Source: a virus
DNA: 64,000 bases
Reading direction: 5' to 3' (one strand)
Virus record (IMG/VR): IMGVR_UViG_3300005466_000027
Location: 7,865-71,864 of that record
In this document: one piece after another, positions 52,022 through 61,751 of the stretch
How positions within the stretch are numbered: the stretch's first letter is position 1
How the letters are laid out: each line of letters starts with the position of its first letter
Made by a program: the position numbers and the translations under genes
The notes under the pieces: model-generated
The model's input: only the letters and a program-made list of their open reading frames with translations
Databases searched by the model: none
Told to the model about the DNA's origin: nothing

Positions 52022-52561
52022 ATGCCCCACCGACCACCCAACGGATCATCTGACCGCGAGCTGAACGGCAACGTCCATCAGTCGATGCGGATTGGTGAGC
52101 GCAAGCGTGACCCTCTCGCTCCGAAGAAGCACAACATCGTCATCGAGACGGAGCCGGGAAAGTATTCCATCATCGGCCAGTCGGAAGAACCTTTGGAAAT
52201 GCTCCGGCTTCAGTACCAAGCGAGACATGCCATCGCGCACCAAGATGTCAAGATGGCGATTGTCGATGAGGATAGCGTGATCGAGCAGCACTGGGACGAC
52301 TATCGGCCCGCGGCGTTTCAAGACCCCGATACGCCCATCACGCCGGAGAACCAGGCTGTGCGTGATCGTTGGGTGCAGAACATCATTCAGTGGCTCCTGC
52401 CGCCCACCATCGCCGCGAAGCTCGGTCAGCCGGGGGCCAACGAGGAAGCTCAAAAAGCTTTGGCTGAGATGAAGGTGGAGATTTCGGTCAGCCCCACGGG
52501 ATGTGGTGTGCTGATGTTCCGTGATGGGGAGCCCTTCGCTGCTTGGTGCTGCACGCAATGA
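52022..52561 (+). CDS. hypothetical protein
   Basis: In operon, ATGA overlap. Confidence 0.6.
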   Translation: MPHRPPNGSSDRELNGNVHQSMRIGERKRDPLAPKKHNIVIETEPGKYSIIGQSEEPLEMLRLQYQARHAIAHQDVKMAIVDEDSVIEQHWDDYRPAAFQDPDTPITPENQAVRDRWVQNIIQWLLPPTIAAKLGQPGANEEAQKALAEMKVEISVSPTGCGVLMFRDGEPFAAWCCTQ

Positions 52562-53283
52562 GCACGACTATCTTTATCCGCTCCTACCGTGCTGACCGTT
52601 TTTGGCTCGAATACTGCCTCCGGTCGCTGGAGAAGTTCGCCAAGGGATTTGACGAAATCGTAGTGTCGCTGCCTGTCGGTGACGAACCTCATTTCGATCA
52701 ATACAATTTCCGTGGAGCCAAGGGTATTTGGTATCACGATCCGAAGTGCAGCGGCTACGTTTCGCAGCAGATAAATAAGATCGAAGCGGATCACTATTGT
52801 TCTGCGGATTACATCCTTTTCCTCGACAGCGATTGCTTCATTGAAAGCGAGCTTCGACCGGAGATGTTCTTCTCCGCAGGTAAGCCCATCATGCTCTTAC
52901 GCCACTGGGACTCCTTGACCGGCGACGTGAAGCAATGGAAGGATATTACGGAGGGCATCGTGGGATTCACGCCCATGTTCGAAGCGATGGCGTGTCCTGG
53001 ATTGATCTACAATCGAGTCACGCTGCAACGACTTCGCGCTCATATCGAGCACACTCACAAAAAGAGCATCCGTGAATACGCTCTGACGATTCAGGCCGAC
53101 CGCATGAGTGAGTTCAATGCTCTCGGCGCTATCGCTCACCGCTTCCAGCCTTTCCTCTACGACTTCCGTATTGCTGCTCCAGCCGATGACGGATTTCCTC
53201 GGAACATCCGGCAGCAGTGGAGCTACAAAGAGGGTGGTGTCCAGAATCATCTGGATGAATATGAGAGGATTTTGGCCCGATGA
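52558..53283 (+). CDS. GT-A fold glycosyltransferase-like protein
   Basis: IFIRSY..D..L..CL.S, GY..QQ..K, YILFLDSDC (DxD), SEFNALG. Confidence 0.75.
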   Translation: MSTTIFIRSYRADRFWLEYCLRSLEKFAKGFDEIVVSLPVGDEPHFDQYNFRGAKGIWYHDPKCSGYVSQQINKIEADHYCSADYILFLDSDCFIESELRPEMFFSAGKPIMLLRHWDSLTGDVKQWKDITEGIVGFTPMFEAMACPGLIYNRVTLQRLRAHIEHTHKKSIREYALTIQADRMSEFNALGAIAHRFQPFLYDFRIAAPADDGFPRNIRQQWSYKEGGVQNHLDEYERILAR

Positions 53284-53933
53284 ACCACATCACGCTGACC
53301 ATTCACACTTTCCCCGACGCCAACCCCACGGTTCGTCGCCACTGGCCCTACTACGAGAAGGCGGGTGCGGACAAGATCATTCTCATCACGACGAACGATG
53401 GCGGGTGTGAAGTGCCTCCCGGCGTTACGCATGAGATGATCGGTCCATCGCTCTATATCAGGGGCCGTCATTTACCCTCCCGCTTGCTTCGCACTTTCGA
53501 GCATCTCATCTCTTTCACCAAGAGCGACTGGTTTGCCGTGGCCGAGTACGACACGCTCTGGTTCAAGCCAATTCCTCGTGATCTGCCCCTCGGTCTGACC
53601 AGCCACCTCGCGGGCGGCAAGATGCCAGGATCGCATTGCAATTTCTTCTGCCACAACCCTTGGATCGTTGACCGCGATACTGCCTGCAAGATCGTTGACA
53701 CAGGCAACGAGATTCTGCACAGCGGCAACTTCGATCCCAGCCCGGATTTGTTCATCGGCCATGTCGCGGAAGTAGCGGGTATCAAGGTCCACACTGACAT
53801 CCTGAAAAGTTACTCACGCAACACGATTCACGCTCCGTGGGATGACGAAGCTCTGGCTGCGATCCGCGCTGGGGCGGTGTGCGTGCATGGCGTGAAAACT
53901 CCCGATGTTTTTCAGAAATTAACTGCTCTATGA
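53280..53933 (+). CDS. glycosyltransferase-like protein
   Basis: VAEYD (ExD), SPDLFIG, terminal VHGVK shared with the other GT paralogs. Confidence 0.55.
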   Translation: MNHITLTIHTFPDANPTVRRHWPYYEKAGADKIILITTNDGGCEVPPGVTHEMIGPSLYIRGRHLPSRLLRTFEHLISFTKSDWFAVAEYDTLWFKPIPRDLPLGLTSHLAGGKMPGSHCNFFCHNPWIVDRDTACKIVDTGNEILHSGNFDPSPDLFIGHVAEVAGIKVHTDILKSYSRNTIHAPWDDEALAAIRAGAVCVHGVKTPDVFQKLTAL

Positions 53934-54142
53934 ATATCGTTCGACATGATAGAGAGTGCTTGATTTGTGAAGCACTCGTTCGCGAAATCGGAAGGGCGCA
54001 ACGCTGGAGCGCGATTGAGGAAGCGTGGTCTGCGCTGCTTCACGTTCGACAGATGGGAGAAAATCTGAGACAGGAAGAGGAAAATATCAATTGTGTGGCT
54101 GGTGGGTACCAATCGCCGACGACAGGAAAAACTGAGTTATGA
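53930..54142 (+). CDS. hypothetical insert ORF
   Basis: ATGA overlaps both sides. Confidence 0.45.
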   Translation: MNIVRHDRECLICEALVREIGRAQRWSAIEEAWSALLHVRQMGENLRQEEENINCVAGGYQSPTTGKTEL

Positions 54143-54696
54143 GCCACACCTTCAAACAGATCGCCTCTACGGACCACTTCGGTCCTTGGCACAGCAATTA
54201 CATGGAGTTCTACGAGCGCCTGTTCCGTAGCGTCGATCACGGCTCCGTCTTGGAAATAGGCTGTGATGGTGGAGGGGGAATCCTGAGCTACGCGGAGTGG
54301 TTCTCGCGTCAAGCGGGCATCATGCTGCCGCGACAACTCATCTCCTGCGACATCTCGCCGCGCCCCGAATCACTGGATGCCAACAAGCAGATCACCCACT
54401 ACCAGGGTAATGCTTACGATGGCGACTTCATCCGAGACGTGATTGAAAAGCATGGTCCTTACGCCGTGATGGTGGAGGACGGTCCACACACCCTTGGTTC
54501 ACAGCAGTTTTTCGTGCAGCACTATCCGCCCATGCTGACAAAGAACGGCATTGCCATCGTGGAAGACATCCAGCACCCCGAGCACATCACAGAGCTTTAC
54601 CGCCGACTGCCGGAGGGGTTCGTGGGGTATGCTGTGGACTTGCGCCTAGCGGATTCGCGCTACGATAGTTTGCTCTTTGTCATCCATCGCAAATGA
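54139..54696 (+). CDS. class I SAM-dependent O-methyltransferase
   Basis: H.Y..FY, VLEIGCDGGG, CDI, VEDGPH, GIAIVEDI. Confidence 0.85.
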   Translation: MSHTFKQIASTDHFGPWHSNYMEFYERLFRSVDHGSVLEIGCDGGGGILSYAEWFSRQAGIMLPRQLISCDISPRPESLDANKQITHYQGNAYDGDFIRDVIEKHGPYAVMVEDGPHTLGSQQFFVQHYPPMLTKNGIAIVEDIQHPEHITELYRRLPEGFVGYAVDLRLADSRYDSLLFVIHRK

Positions 54697-54905
54697 ATTT
54701 AGTGCTCGAACGATCAGATTCCTTCTCTCTGGATCACGTCCCGATGTGGAGGATCACACCTCCTAAGTGGAGTAAGCTCATTTGGGGTCCATTTTGTTAC
54801 TCTAAACGAGCTGCGTATCGAGCATGGCTGGCGGCTTGCATTGGGGACGATGCTAAGATGTATCAAGCGGCAAATTCGGATATCCCGAAGGCACTTCACA
54901 AATGA
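54693..54905 (+). CDS. hypothetical insert ORF
   Basis: ATGA overlaps. Confidence 0.45.
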   Translation: MNLVLERSDSFSLDHVPMWRITPPKWSKLIWGPFCYSKRAAYRAWLAACIGDDAKMYQAANSDIPKALHK

Positions 54906-55150
54906 CCCTTCTTTGGAACAAAGCTGGTGATCGGTTTCAGATGTCCACGGGAAATATGTGGATAAGCGTGGCTATCCGAAAACTTGCTTCGGATTCTCCG
55001 TTGATCGGAAACATAGATGACTGGTACGGTGTGCCTAAAAACGATCCTTTTAGGTGGCGCGAAGGTGGGTGTGAGCACCTTGAAGATTTTTGCGTTTTGT
55101 GGGATACGCGCGTCACTTCAATTTTACCGGAGCTTGCTGGTTTCCCATGA
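54902..55150 (+). CDS. hypothetical insert ORF
   Basis: ATGA overlaps. Confidence 0.45.
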   Translation: MTLLWNKAGDRFQMSTGNMWISVAIRKLASDSPLIGNIDDWYGVPKNDPFRWREGGCEHLEDFCVLWDTRVTSILPELAGFP

Positions 55151-55896
55151 ACTACTTCAGCGGCCCATCGCACCTCGGTGACGCAACGTGGACACTCCAC
55201 GCATTGCGCAAGATCGGTGGTGGGCACCACTTCTACACGCCGGAGGAATACCACTGGCAGCTTCGTGACTTGATCGCGGGCACCATGATTACGCTGCACC
55301 CACACGAGAACATCCCGGAGGATGCCAAGTGCTCGTGGATCGGTTGCCAGCGCTTCCAGAATCAAGGTGTGGTGTGGAGCAATGGCCCGGATGTGGTGGA
55401 CTTCCTGATGCGTTGGAACAACTGCATGTGCCGCGAGAATGGCGTCGAGCCGCGTTTCAATGATCGTTGGTCGATGCTGGCTGACTGGCCCGCAATTCAG
55501 ATACCTGCCGATGATGGTGGTGGCTTTGACGTGCTGGTTGTCAACTGTCCTCCACGCTCTGGCCAGTGCCTACGCTGGGATCAGGGGGAGATGGACGAAC
55601 TGATTCAGGAGATTGGCAAGAGATATGACACGGTTGTAACGAACCCTACCACGGCAACGAGTGTTCGGCAGATTACCCGTTCCCTCTCCCAGATCGGGAA
55701 TCTCCATCTCCAAGCGCAGTTCACTGTGGCCATCGCGAGCGGGGCGCACTGGGGCTGTCACTCGGTGTGGTCGCAGGAGAAACCCCTTTATCTTTTCTTG
55801 GACGATCCACTGCGACTTGATTACGGGCGGCAGATTCCGCATCACGGCCTTGTGAGCGGAATGCGGCAACAACTTATTTCGGAGGGATGGTTATGA
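55147..55896 (+). CDS. GT-B (GT9-like) glycosyltransferase-like protein
   Basis: N-terminal HLGD...LH.LR; SLSQIG...VAIASG..W. Confidence 0.55.
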   Translation: MNYFSGPSHLGDATWTLHALRKIGGGHHFYTPEEYHWQLRDLIAGTMITLHPHENIPEDAKCSWIGCQRFQNQGVVWSNGPDVVDFLMRWNNCMCRENGVEPRFNDRWSMLADWPAIQIPADDGGGFDVLVVNCPPRSGQCLRWDQGEMDELIQEIGKRYDTVVTNPTTATSVRQITRSLSQIGNLHLQAQFTVAIASGAHWGCHSVWSQEKPLYLFLDDPLRLDYGRQIPHHGLVSGMRQQLISEGWL

Positions 55897-56096
55897 ACGG
55901 AAAAATGCCACAAGCAAAAAGCGTTTCGATATGCCTTTACGACTTGATGGAAAACCACAACAAGTGTTTGGGCGAGGCTATGACTAAATTGTCGGAATTG
56001 TCCGGGGTGAGGATCGTCTACAGCAATGTCCGAAGTGACGACGTAAATCCTGACAGGATGATTGGGACGTTCACCATATTTTCTGATGACTTATAA
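55893..56096 (+). CDS. hypothetical insert ORF (paralog of 36233-36517)
   Basis: GVRIVYSNV.....NPDR. Confidence 0.45.
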   Translation: MNGKMPQAKSVSICLYDLMENHNKCLGEAMTKLSELSGVRIVYSNVRSDDVNPDRMIGTFTIFSDDL

Positions 56097-56616
56097 GGAA
56101 CATCTCACCGCCGCCATGACCCAGCTCGCACAAGACGAGCGAGTGTGTTTCGTCGGCTACAATGTCAAGTATGGCCGTGCTGCTGGGACGCTGAAAGACG
56201 TGAACGAATCACAACTGATGGAAATGCCACTCGCCGAGAATTTGATGATGGGTGCAGCCATCGGTATGTCGCTGGATGGGCGAATCCCAGTGGTCTATTT
56301 CGAGAGGATGGATTTCGTCCTATGTGCATTGGATTCCATTGTCAATCACTTGGCAAAGTTGAAGGAACTCAGTGAAGGTATTCACCATCCAGCGTGCATC
56401 ATTCGCTGCGTTGTCGGCAACTCAGTGTCGCCGTTGTTCACGGGTGCGACCCATACCCAAAACTTTTCCAAGGCAATGCGTGAAATGGTGTCCTTCCCGG
56501 TGAAGGAGCTTCACGTCAAAGGCCAGATCGCGACGGAGTATGCGGCTGCCTATCGCAGCGCGAAAGCGGGGATTTCGACGATGCTAATTGATATGAAAGA
56601 CTCGTGGGACACATGA
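56086..56616 (+). CDS. TPP-dependent enzyme, E1-beta/transketolase pyrimidine-binding domain
   Basis: EMPLAENLMMGAAIGMSL.G..PVV....DF, GATHTQ. Confidence 0.9.
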   Translation: MTYKEHLTAAMTQLAQDERVCFVGYNVKYGRAAGTLKDVNESQLMEMPLAENLMMGAAIGMSLDGRIPVVYFERMDFVLCALDSIVNHLAKLKELSEGIHHPACIIRCVVGNSVSPLFTGATHTQNFSKAMREMVSFPVKELHVKGQIATEYAAAYRSAKAGISTMLIDMKDSWDT

Positions 56617-57605
56617 TTGCAGCCCTGATGACCGCAGTGAACGCACCTCTTCGAATTTGCGAGGTGGACACCCTGCCGCTGGAATATGGCCAGGTGCGCG
56701 TCAAGTTGATTGCCAGCGGCATCTGCGGCGCACAGCTTCAGGAGTTACGTGGTGAGAAGACCGCGCCCCTGCCACGTCTCATTGGCCATGAGGGCGTTGG
56801 CGAAGTGCTGGAATGCGGTCCTCACGTCTCTACAGTCAAGCGTGGTGACAAGGTGGTGCTGCATTGGAGAAAAGGTGCAGGGATTGAAAGTGACTTCCCC
56901 AAATACCGATACAACGGTCAGACCTTTAGCAGTGGTAAGGTGACGACCTTCGCCAGCGAAGTCGTGGTTTCGGAGAATCGCTGCACCGAGGTGCCCAAGG
57001 ACACGAACGACAAGCTTTGCGCGCTGCTCGGCTGCGGCTTGTCTACAGCCCTCGGCACCATCGAGCACGAGGTGAACCTTCTGATGGGGCAGACCGTGCT
57101 CATCATCGGCTGCGGTGGGCTGGGTATGAATCTGATTTTCGCAGCTAAGCTGCGCCACGCATCAGCCATCGCTGTGATTGACGTGGGGGAGAGCAAAAGC
57201 GCTCTCGCTCGGATGCTCGGAGCCACTCGCTTCAGCACGGAATTGAGCAGCGTCGCCGAACAGTTTGACGTGGTGATCGACACCACAGGCAACACGGAAG
57301 CGCAGGAGCAGGGTATCCAGCGCGTCGCGGATTCTGGCAAGTTCATCATGGTGGGCCAACCTCAATCTGATGTGCGGATCATCGGGGCGCGTCACCTGTT
57401 CGGTGGTGAAGGCAAAACAATTAAAGCGACCCAGGGTGGCGGTTTTCGACCGGAGCACGATATCCCGAGATACATGGCTATGAATGTGTCAGGCATGCTC
57501 AACCCGGTCGGCATCGTCTCGCACAAATTTCGTCTGGAAGAAATCAACGAAGCCATCGAAAAAGTGAAGCGCGGCGAAGCTGGCCGCGTGCTGATTGTAC
57601 CATGA
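56613..57605 (+). CDS. Zn-dependent medium-chain dehydrogenase/reductase
   Basis: SGICG, GHEGVG.V..CG..V..VK.GD.V, LLGCG, IGCGGLG. Confidence 0.92.
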   Translation: MIAALMTAVNAPLRICEVDTLPLEYGQVRVKLIASGICGAQLQELRGEKTAPLPRLIGHEGVGEVLECGPHVSTVKRGDKVVLHWRKGAGIESDFPKYRYNGQTFSSGKVTTFASEVVVSENRCTEVPKDTNDKLCALLGCGLSTALGTIEHEVNLLMGQTVLIIGCGGLGMNLIFAAKLRHASAIAVIDVGESKSALARMLGATRFSTELSSVAEQFDVVIDTTGNTEAQEQGIQRVADSGKFIMVGQPQSDVRIIGARHLFGGEGKTIKATQGGGFRPEHDIPRYMAMNVSGMLNPVGIVSHKFRLEEINEAIEKVKRGEAGRVLIVP

Positions 57606-57796
57606 ATACCTGTGACACATGCAAGTGGTGGAGTGAAGATGAGGTTTTTCCATCTAAGCGAAAGATGTGTTCGAACCCAAAGATGATCCCTCCGTATAGG
57701 GATGGCCCCGATGAAGATGGCTGGACAGTTGACCTTTCTTTTTACGCCATGTTTACCGGCCCGAAATTCGGTTGTATTCACCACGAACCGAAATGA
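57602..57796 (+). CDS. small Cys-rich insert ORF
   Basis: CDTCKWW...C...FGCIHHE. Confidence 0.6.
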   Translation: MNTCDTCKWWSEDEVFPSKRKMCSNPKMIPPYRDGPDEDGWTVDLSFYAMFTGPKFGCIHHEPK

Positions 57797-58407
57797 CTTC
57801 TGAACAACTGACAGCCACGGAAGACGAAATTGCTGCACTCTGGAACGCCGGAGAGCTGCCCTACCTCACCCACCTCGAAGGCAGCAAGGATGGCAAATAT
57901 GAGCGGTTCATGTGCGACTTTTTCCACTCCAGCGTCAGGCCGACTGATTGGGTTGTTGCCAGCCACCGCTGCCACTTCGCCTACACGCTGCACGGTGGCA
58001 TTGATTTGGTGGAGCAGGTGAAGCGCGGACGCAGCATGTTTCTCTACCGCGAGAAGTTTCTCAACAGTGCTATCGTGGCCGGGGTTGCCCCGATTGCCGT
58101 TGGCATGGCGCTGTCCATTCAACAGCGGGGTGGCAGTGAGCGCGTCTTCGCATTTGGTGGAGACGGTTGCGAGGATCACGGGCATTGGATGGAGTCGGTG
58201 GTCTACTCGTGGCAGAAAAATTTGCCCCTCACTTGGGTCATCACGGACAACGACTCCTCGTGTGGCGTGAGCAAAGAGAAGCGCCGTGGAAGCAGCCTGG
58301 ACATACCATGGCCACCGAACGTGATCCGTGTGCAGTATGAACCAAAATACCCTCACGCTGGAAGCGGAGTGCCGATGACCCTCAAACGGAAGGAGCCAAG
58401 ACTGTGA
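57793..58407 (+). CDS. TPP-dependent enzyme, E1-alpha-like subunit
   Basis: SHRCH, SAIVAG..PIAVG.A, GDG...G...E.......LP...VITDN. Confidence 0.9.
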   Translation: MTSEQLTATEDEIAALWNAGELPYLTHLEGSKDGKYERFMCDFFHSSVRPTDWVVASHRCHFAYTLHGGIDLVEQVKRGRSMFLYREKFLNSAIVAGVAPIAVGMALSIQQRGGSERVFAFGGDGCEDHGHWMESVVYSWQKNLPLTWVITDNDSSCGVSKEKRRGSSLDIPWPPNVIRVQYEPKYPHAGSGVPMTLKRKEPRL

Positions 58408-58922
58408 GAACACCACCAGAGATTAGGTTTTGGCGGTTTGTAAATAAGGAATATCCTCCACCACTACACTGTCCTGAAATTGGAAACTGCTGGATGTGGA
58501 CAGGAGGTACGATCGGGTTAGGGTATGCAGGATTTAACATTGGGGGAGATAAACGAATTGTCGCGCACCGTTTTAGTTATAAAATGCACTTTGGTGAAAT
58601 ACCTGTCGGCATGGATATTTGTCACAAGTGCGACAACCCAAAATGCGTCCGACCAGATCATTTATTTCCGGGGACCGCTAAAGACAATGTAAGGGACTGC
58701 ATGTCTAAGAAACGAATGAAGTTTCAGAAGAGCCCAGAAGTATTCCTACAGGGGGTAAAAATGATTAGAAAGTTCACGGATACACAAGTATTTAAGATAA
58801 GGCGGTTGAGGGCGAGACACTCCGTTCCGTGTTCTAGAATTTCAAAATGGCTAAAGGTGAACGAAGAGACGATCAGGCTAATGACTATTGGTGCAACCTA
58901 TAAGCATGCTCCATTTCCATGA
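58404..58922 (+). CDS. HNH homing endonuclease
   Basis: CWMWTG, AHRFSY, CHKCDNPKCVRPDHL.PGT.KDN..D; AT-rich. Confidence 0.92.
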   Translation: MRTPPEIRFWRFVNKEYPPPLHCPEIGNCWMWTGGTIGLGYAGFNIGGDKRIVAHRFSYKMHFGEIPVGMDICHKCDNPKCVRPDHLFPGTAKDNVRDCMSKKRMKFQKSPEVFLQGVKMIRKFTDTQVFKIRRLRARHSVPCSRISKWLKVNEETIRLMTIGATYKHAPFP

Positions 58923-59485
58923 GTAAATTCTATTCAGAGTATGGAGAGGATCGCTGGATTGCCGAAAACGTTGTATTGCCAGAGAAATCATTCTACCTTG
59001 ACCTCGGGTGCGCCTGGCCCTTCCTCAATTCGAATACAGCGTTTCTCCGCGACCGGGGGTGGGACGGCGCGAACATCGACGGTAACGCTTCCTACGAGCC
59101 GAACTGGAGCGGTGTTGGCACGTTCACGAATTGCGTGATCGGGGATGGTAGGGTAGCTCGTTTTATTACTGAAGGGGTACCCGAGTTGAGTCGTATCGCG
59201 CCTGCTCCTGCGCTACCCAGCGAGATCGTCAAAACGCGTAGACTTGATGAATTGCTCGAATACTCGCCGCGCGTCGATTTCATCAGCGTAGATTTAGAGG
59301 GTGGAGAGTATGACGCACTACAGACTTTCGACTGGGAAAAAAATCGCCCAGTCTGTATTGTCGCTGAATATGCTACGTGGCACCCTGATGGTGTCGTAGA
59401 GGACTTCCGGGTGAAGGAGATGCTGGAGGCGATGGGTTATCGTGAGCGCTACCGGACCAAAGCGAACCTGATTTTCACACTGTGA
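58919..59485 (+). CDS. FkbM-family methyltransferase
   Basis: YSEYGED, YLDLG, SNT......W.G..ID, DFISVDLEG.E. Confidence 0.88.
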   Translation: MSKFYSEYGEDRWIAENVVLPEKSFYLDLGCAWPFLNSNTAFLRDRGWDGANIDGNASYEPNWSGVGTFTNCVIGDGRVARFITEGVPELSRIAPAPALPSEIVKTRRLDELLEYSPRVDFISVDLEGGEYDALQTFDWEKNRPVCIVAEYATWHPDGVVEDFRVKEMLEAMGYRERYRTKANLIFTL

Positions 59486-60246
59486 TCTGCGTCTTCTCAT
59501 TCTGCGATACCGACCGTGCGATGGCACTTGAGCTTGCGCGCCACATCGAATGCCTTGGCGGTGTCAAGACTCACAAGTGCATTCTGCTCAATCCGACCGG
59601 CACCAAATCCGCTGACATCGCCGCACACCTGCAAGACTCGTTCGGGGTCTTTAAGCACGTAGAATATAAACCCCTGTTGAACGGGTGGCCGGATGGCCCC
59701 AACCAGTGTTTCGCGGTCGCCGCGGAAACTGTGTTCGCCTCCGGCTGGAAAGAGCCGTGGCTCTGGATGGAAGCCGATTGCGTCGTGACCCACCCCCAAT
59801 GGCTGGACCAGATTGAAGGCGAGCATCGCTACTGCGGACAACCCATTCTTGGGGCGTTCGAGAACACCTTTGGGTTGGACGGCAAAGTGGTCAGTCAACA
59901 CGTCACGGGAGTAGCCGTCTATCCGTGGGACTGGTGGAAAACGTGCGCCCCGCTGCGTTCCCTCGTGGATGCCACGGCGACTTACCGAGCTGCGGGGAAT
60001 TGCCCACCGGCTTTTGACGTTTACCTGGCTCCCTACACCGTGCCGAAGTGCGCCACTGGCACCACCATGCGTCACTACTGGAAGAGTCACTCCTACCGGG
60101 AAGTAGACGGGGAAGTGCGCTGTGAGTTCAAGGTCAACTACGGCGGCTCCCCGGTGGTGGACGTGAGCGCGGCGCTCATCCACGGTTGCAAGGACTACAG
60201 CTTGCTGGACATCGTGCAGAAGCGTCTCTGTGCGGTTCTAAGTTGA
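59482..60246 (+). CDS. GT-A glycosyltransferase-like protein
   Basis: GWPDGPN, WLWMEADC, HVTGVAVYP, AFD, IHGCKD. Confidence 0.65.
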   Translation: MICVFSFCDTDRAMALELARHIECLGGVKTHKCILLNPTGTKSADIAAHLQDSFGVFKHVEYKPLLNGWPDGPNQCFAVAAETVFASGWKEPWLWMEADCVVTHPQWLDQIEGEHRYCGQPILGAFENTFGLDGKVVSQHVTGVAVYPWDWWKTCAPLRSLVDATATYRAAGNCPPAFDVYLAPYTVPKCATGTTMRHYWKSHSYREVDGEVRCEFKVNYGGSPVVDVSAALIHGCKDYSLLDIVQKRLCAVLS

Positions 60247-60286
60247 CATTTTCTACAAACATAATTACCTAACCCCGTTAAACAAA

Positions 60287-61747
60287 ATGCTCGTAGTCCT
60301 CCCCACTCACAACGGCGACCGGAATCTAGCGGTCAACCTCTGCGCGCACATTGCGCGGATGGGCGGTGTCCAGAACCACGAGTGTCTGATCGTCACTCCG
60401 CAGGAAACGAATCTCGCTGGCATCGAAGATGTGTTGCGAGGCGTGTTCGGCAAGCTCTACGTCCATCGCTACGTGGAGACGATGAAGGGATGGCCCTACG
60501 GCGCGAACGAGGCGGCAGCCGTGGCCATGATCCACGTCTACAATTCGCCCGAGCTGCAGTATCACTACCTGATGCTGGAGCCGGATTGCGTGCCGACCAC
60601 GAAATTCTGGCTGGACATGATCGACATGGACTACCGCCGCTGTGGTCAGCCGGTGCTGGGCGTCCGTATCCCCACCGTGGAGATTGCCACGGGGCGGCAG
60701 GTGGGGAATCACGTCGTCGGTGTGGCCGTTTACCCGAACAACTTTGCCCAGCTCTGCCCGCTCGTCCGCAATCTGATCGACATGACGAGCCAGTATCGCG
60801 CGCAGAACTCCATGCCGATGCCCTGGGACGCGTATTTTGGCCCCTACACCTCGCGCATGACCGCGGAGACGACGCTCATCCAGCACTTGGCTCGTGTGCG
60901 TCACCAATCGCCTACCGGCGAGATTCGCTGGGACTGCCCTTCGCTCGATCATGCCATGGGCCAGGTGAACAAACAGGCGGTTCTCGTCCACGGTTCCAAA
61001 GACCCCGCTTTCCTTACCACCCTCACCGGAGAAATTGCTCATGCCCCTCAACAAATCCGAAATGAACCAGCCAGGATCGAAAATGCGCGGCCTGTCGAAA
61101 AAGAAGCTCTACGCGAAAGTAGTCAGCCGTCACGGAGCGCTGGCAGCCAAGAACACGGCAGTCGCCCCGAAGAAAAGCAACAGCAGGAAGTAGACGGATT
61201 CCCGGTGCTGGACGGCGGGTATGCCGCAAACCCCAAGGTCCGGGCTCGGCAGATGCGGGAGAAAGAGGAACTGCGCAAGCAGTATGGCGTCGCCTACCCC
61301 ATCGACACTGCGCCCTTCCGCCGCGCCATCTATTTCCACGTCGAACTGCCTTGGCCGAAGCTCAAGCAGTATGCCGCGCGACTGGAGGTGCCCATTTTCA
61401 AGCAGAAAAAGGAAGCTCTGGTGAATGCAGTGGTGGCCAAGGAAATCGAGCAGGGCAAAGAGGAATGGACGAAGGGACTGAAAAAGCCGGAGCCCCCGAA
61501 GGAGGTTGCACTCGACACCCCGGTGGAGCTGATGCCCCCGGTGCCGACTGGCTCGTTCGCCCTTTCCAACTCCAACAACGGTGCCCATTTTCACCCATCG
61601 CTGAACGTCCAATACGACGTGAAAGATAAAGACGGAAACCACATCTCGACTCAGAATGCCGTTCCCAAGAGCGAGACTACCATCAGCGATGAGCGTGCCG
61701 CGCGGATGCGCCAGATGCTCAAGGAACGGAATCTTTTAACCGCCTAA
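60287..61747 (+). CDS. GT-A glycosyltransferase-like protein with long C-terminal extension
   Basis: GWPYGAN, YLMLEPDC, HVVGVAVYP, PWD, VHGSKD; paralog of upstream gene. Confidence 0.65.
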   Translation: MLVVLPTHNGDRNLAVNLCAHIARMGGVQNHECLIVTPQETNLAGIEDVLRGVFGKLYVHRYVETMKGWPYGANEAAAVAMIHVYNSPELQYHYLMLEPDCVPTTKFWLDMIDMDYRRCGQPVLGVRIPTVEIATGRQVGNHVVGVAVYPNNFAQLCPLVRNLIDMTSQYRAQNSMPMPWDAYFGPYTSRMTAETTLIQHLARVRHQSPTGEIRWDCPSLDHAMGQVNKQAVLVHGSKDPAFLTTLTGEIAHAPQQIRNEPARIENARPVEKEALRESSQPSRSAGSQEHGSRPEEKQQQEVDGFPVLDGGYAANPKVRARQMREKEELRKQYGVAYPIDTAPFRRAIYFHVELPWPKLKQYAARLEVPIFKQKKEALVNAVVAKEIEQGKEEWTKGLKKPEPPKEVALDTPVELMPPVPTGSFALSNSNNGAHFHPSLNVQYDVKDKDGNHISTQNAVPKSETTISDERAARMRQMLKERNLLTA

Positions 61748-61751
61748 CATC

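Noticed and set aside
56086-58407. Pyruvate dehydrogenase as auxiliary metabolic genes
   Set aside because: Subunits truncated, E2/E3 absent, embedded among glycosyltransferases
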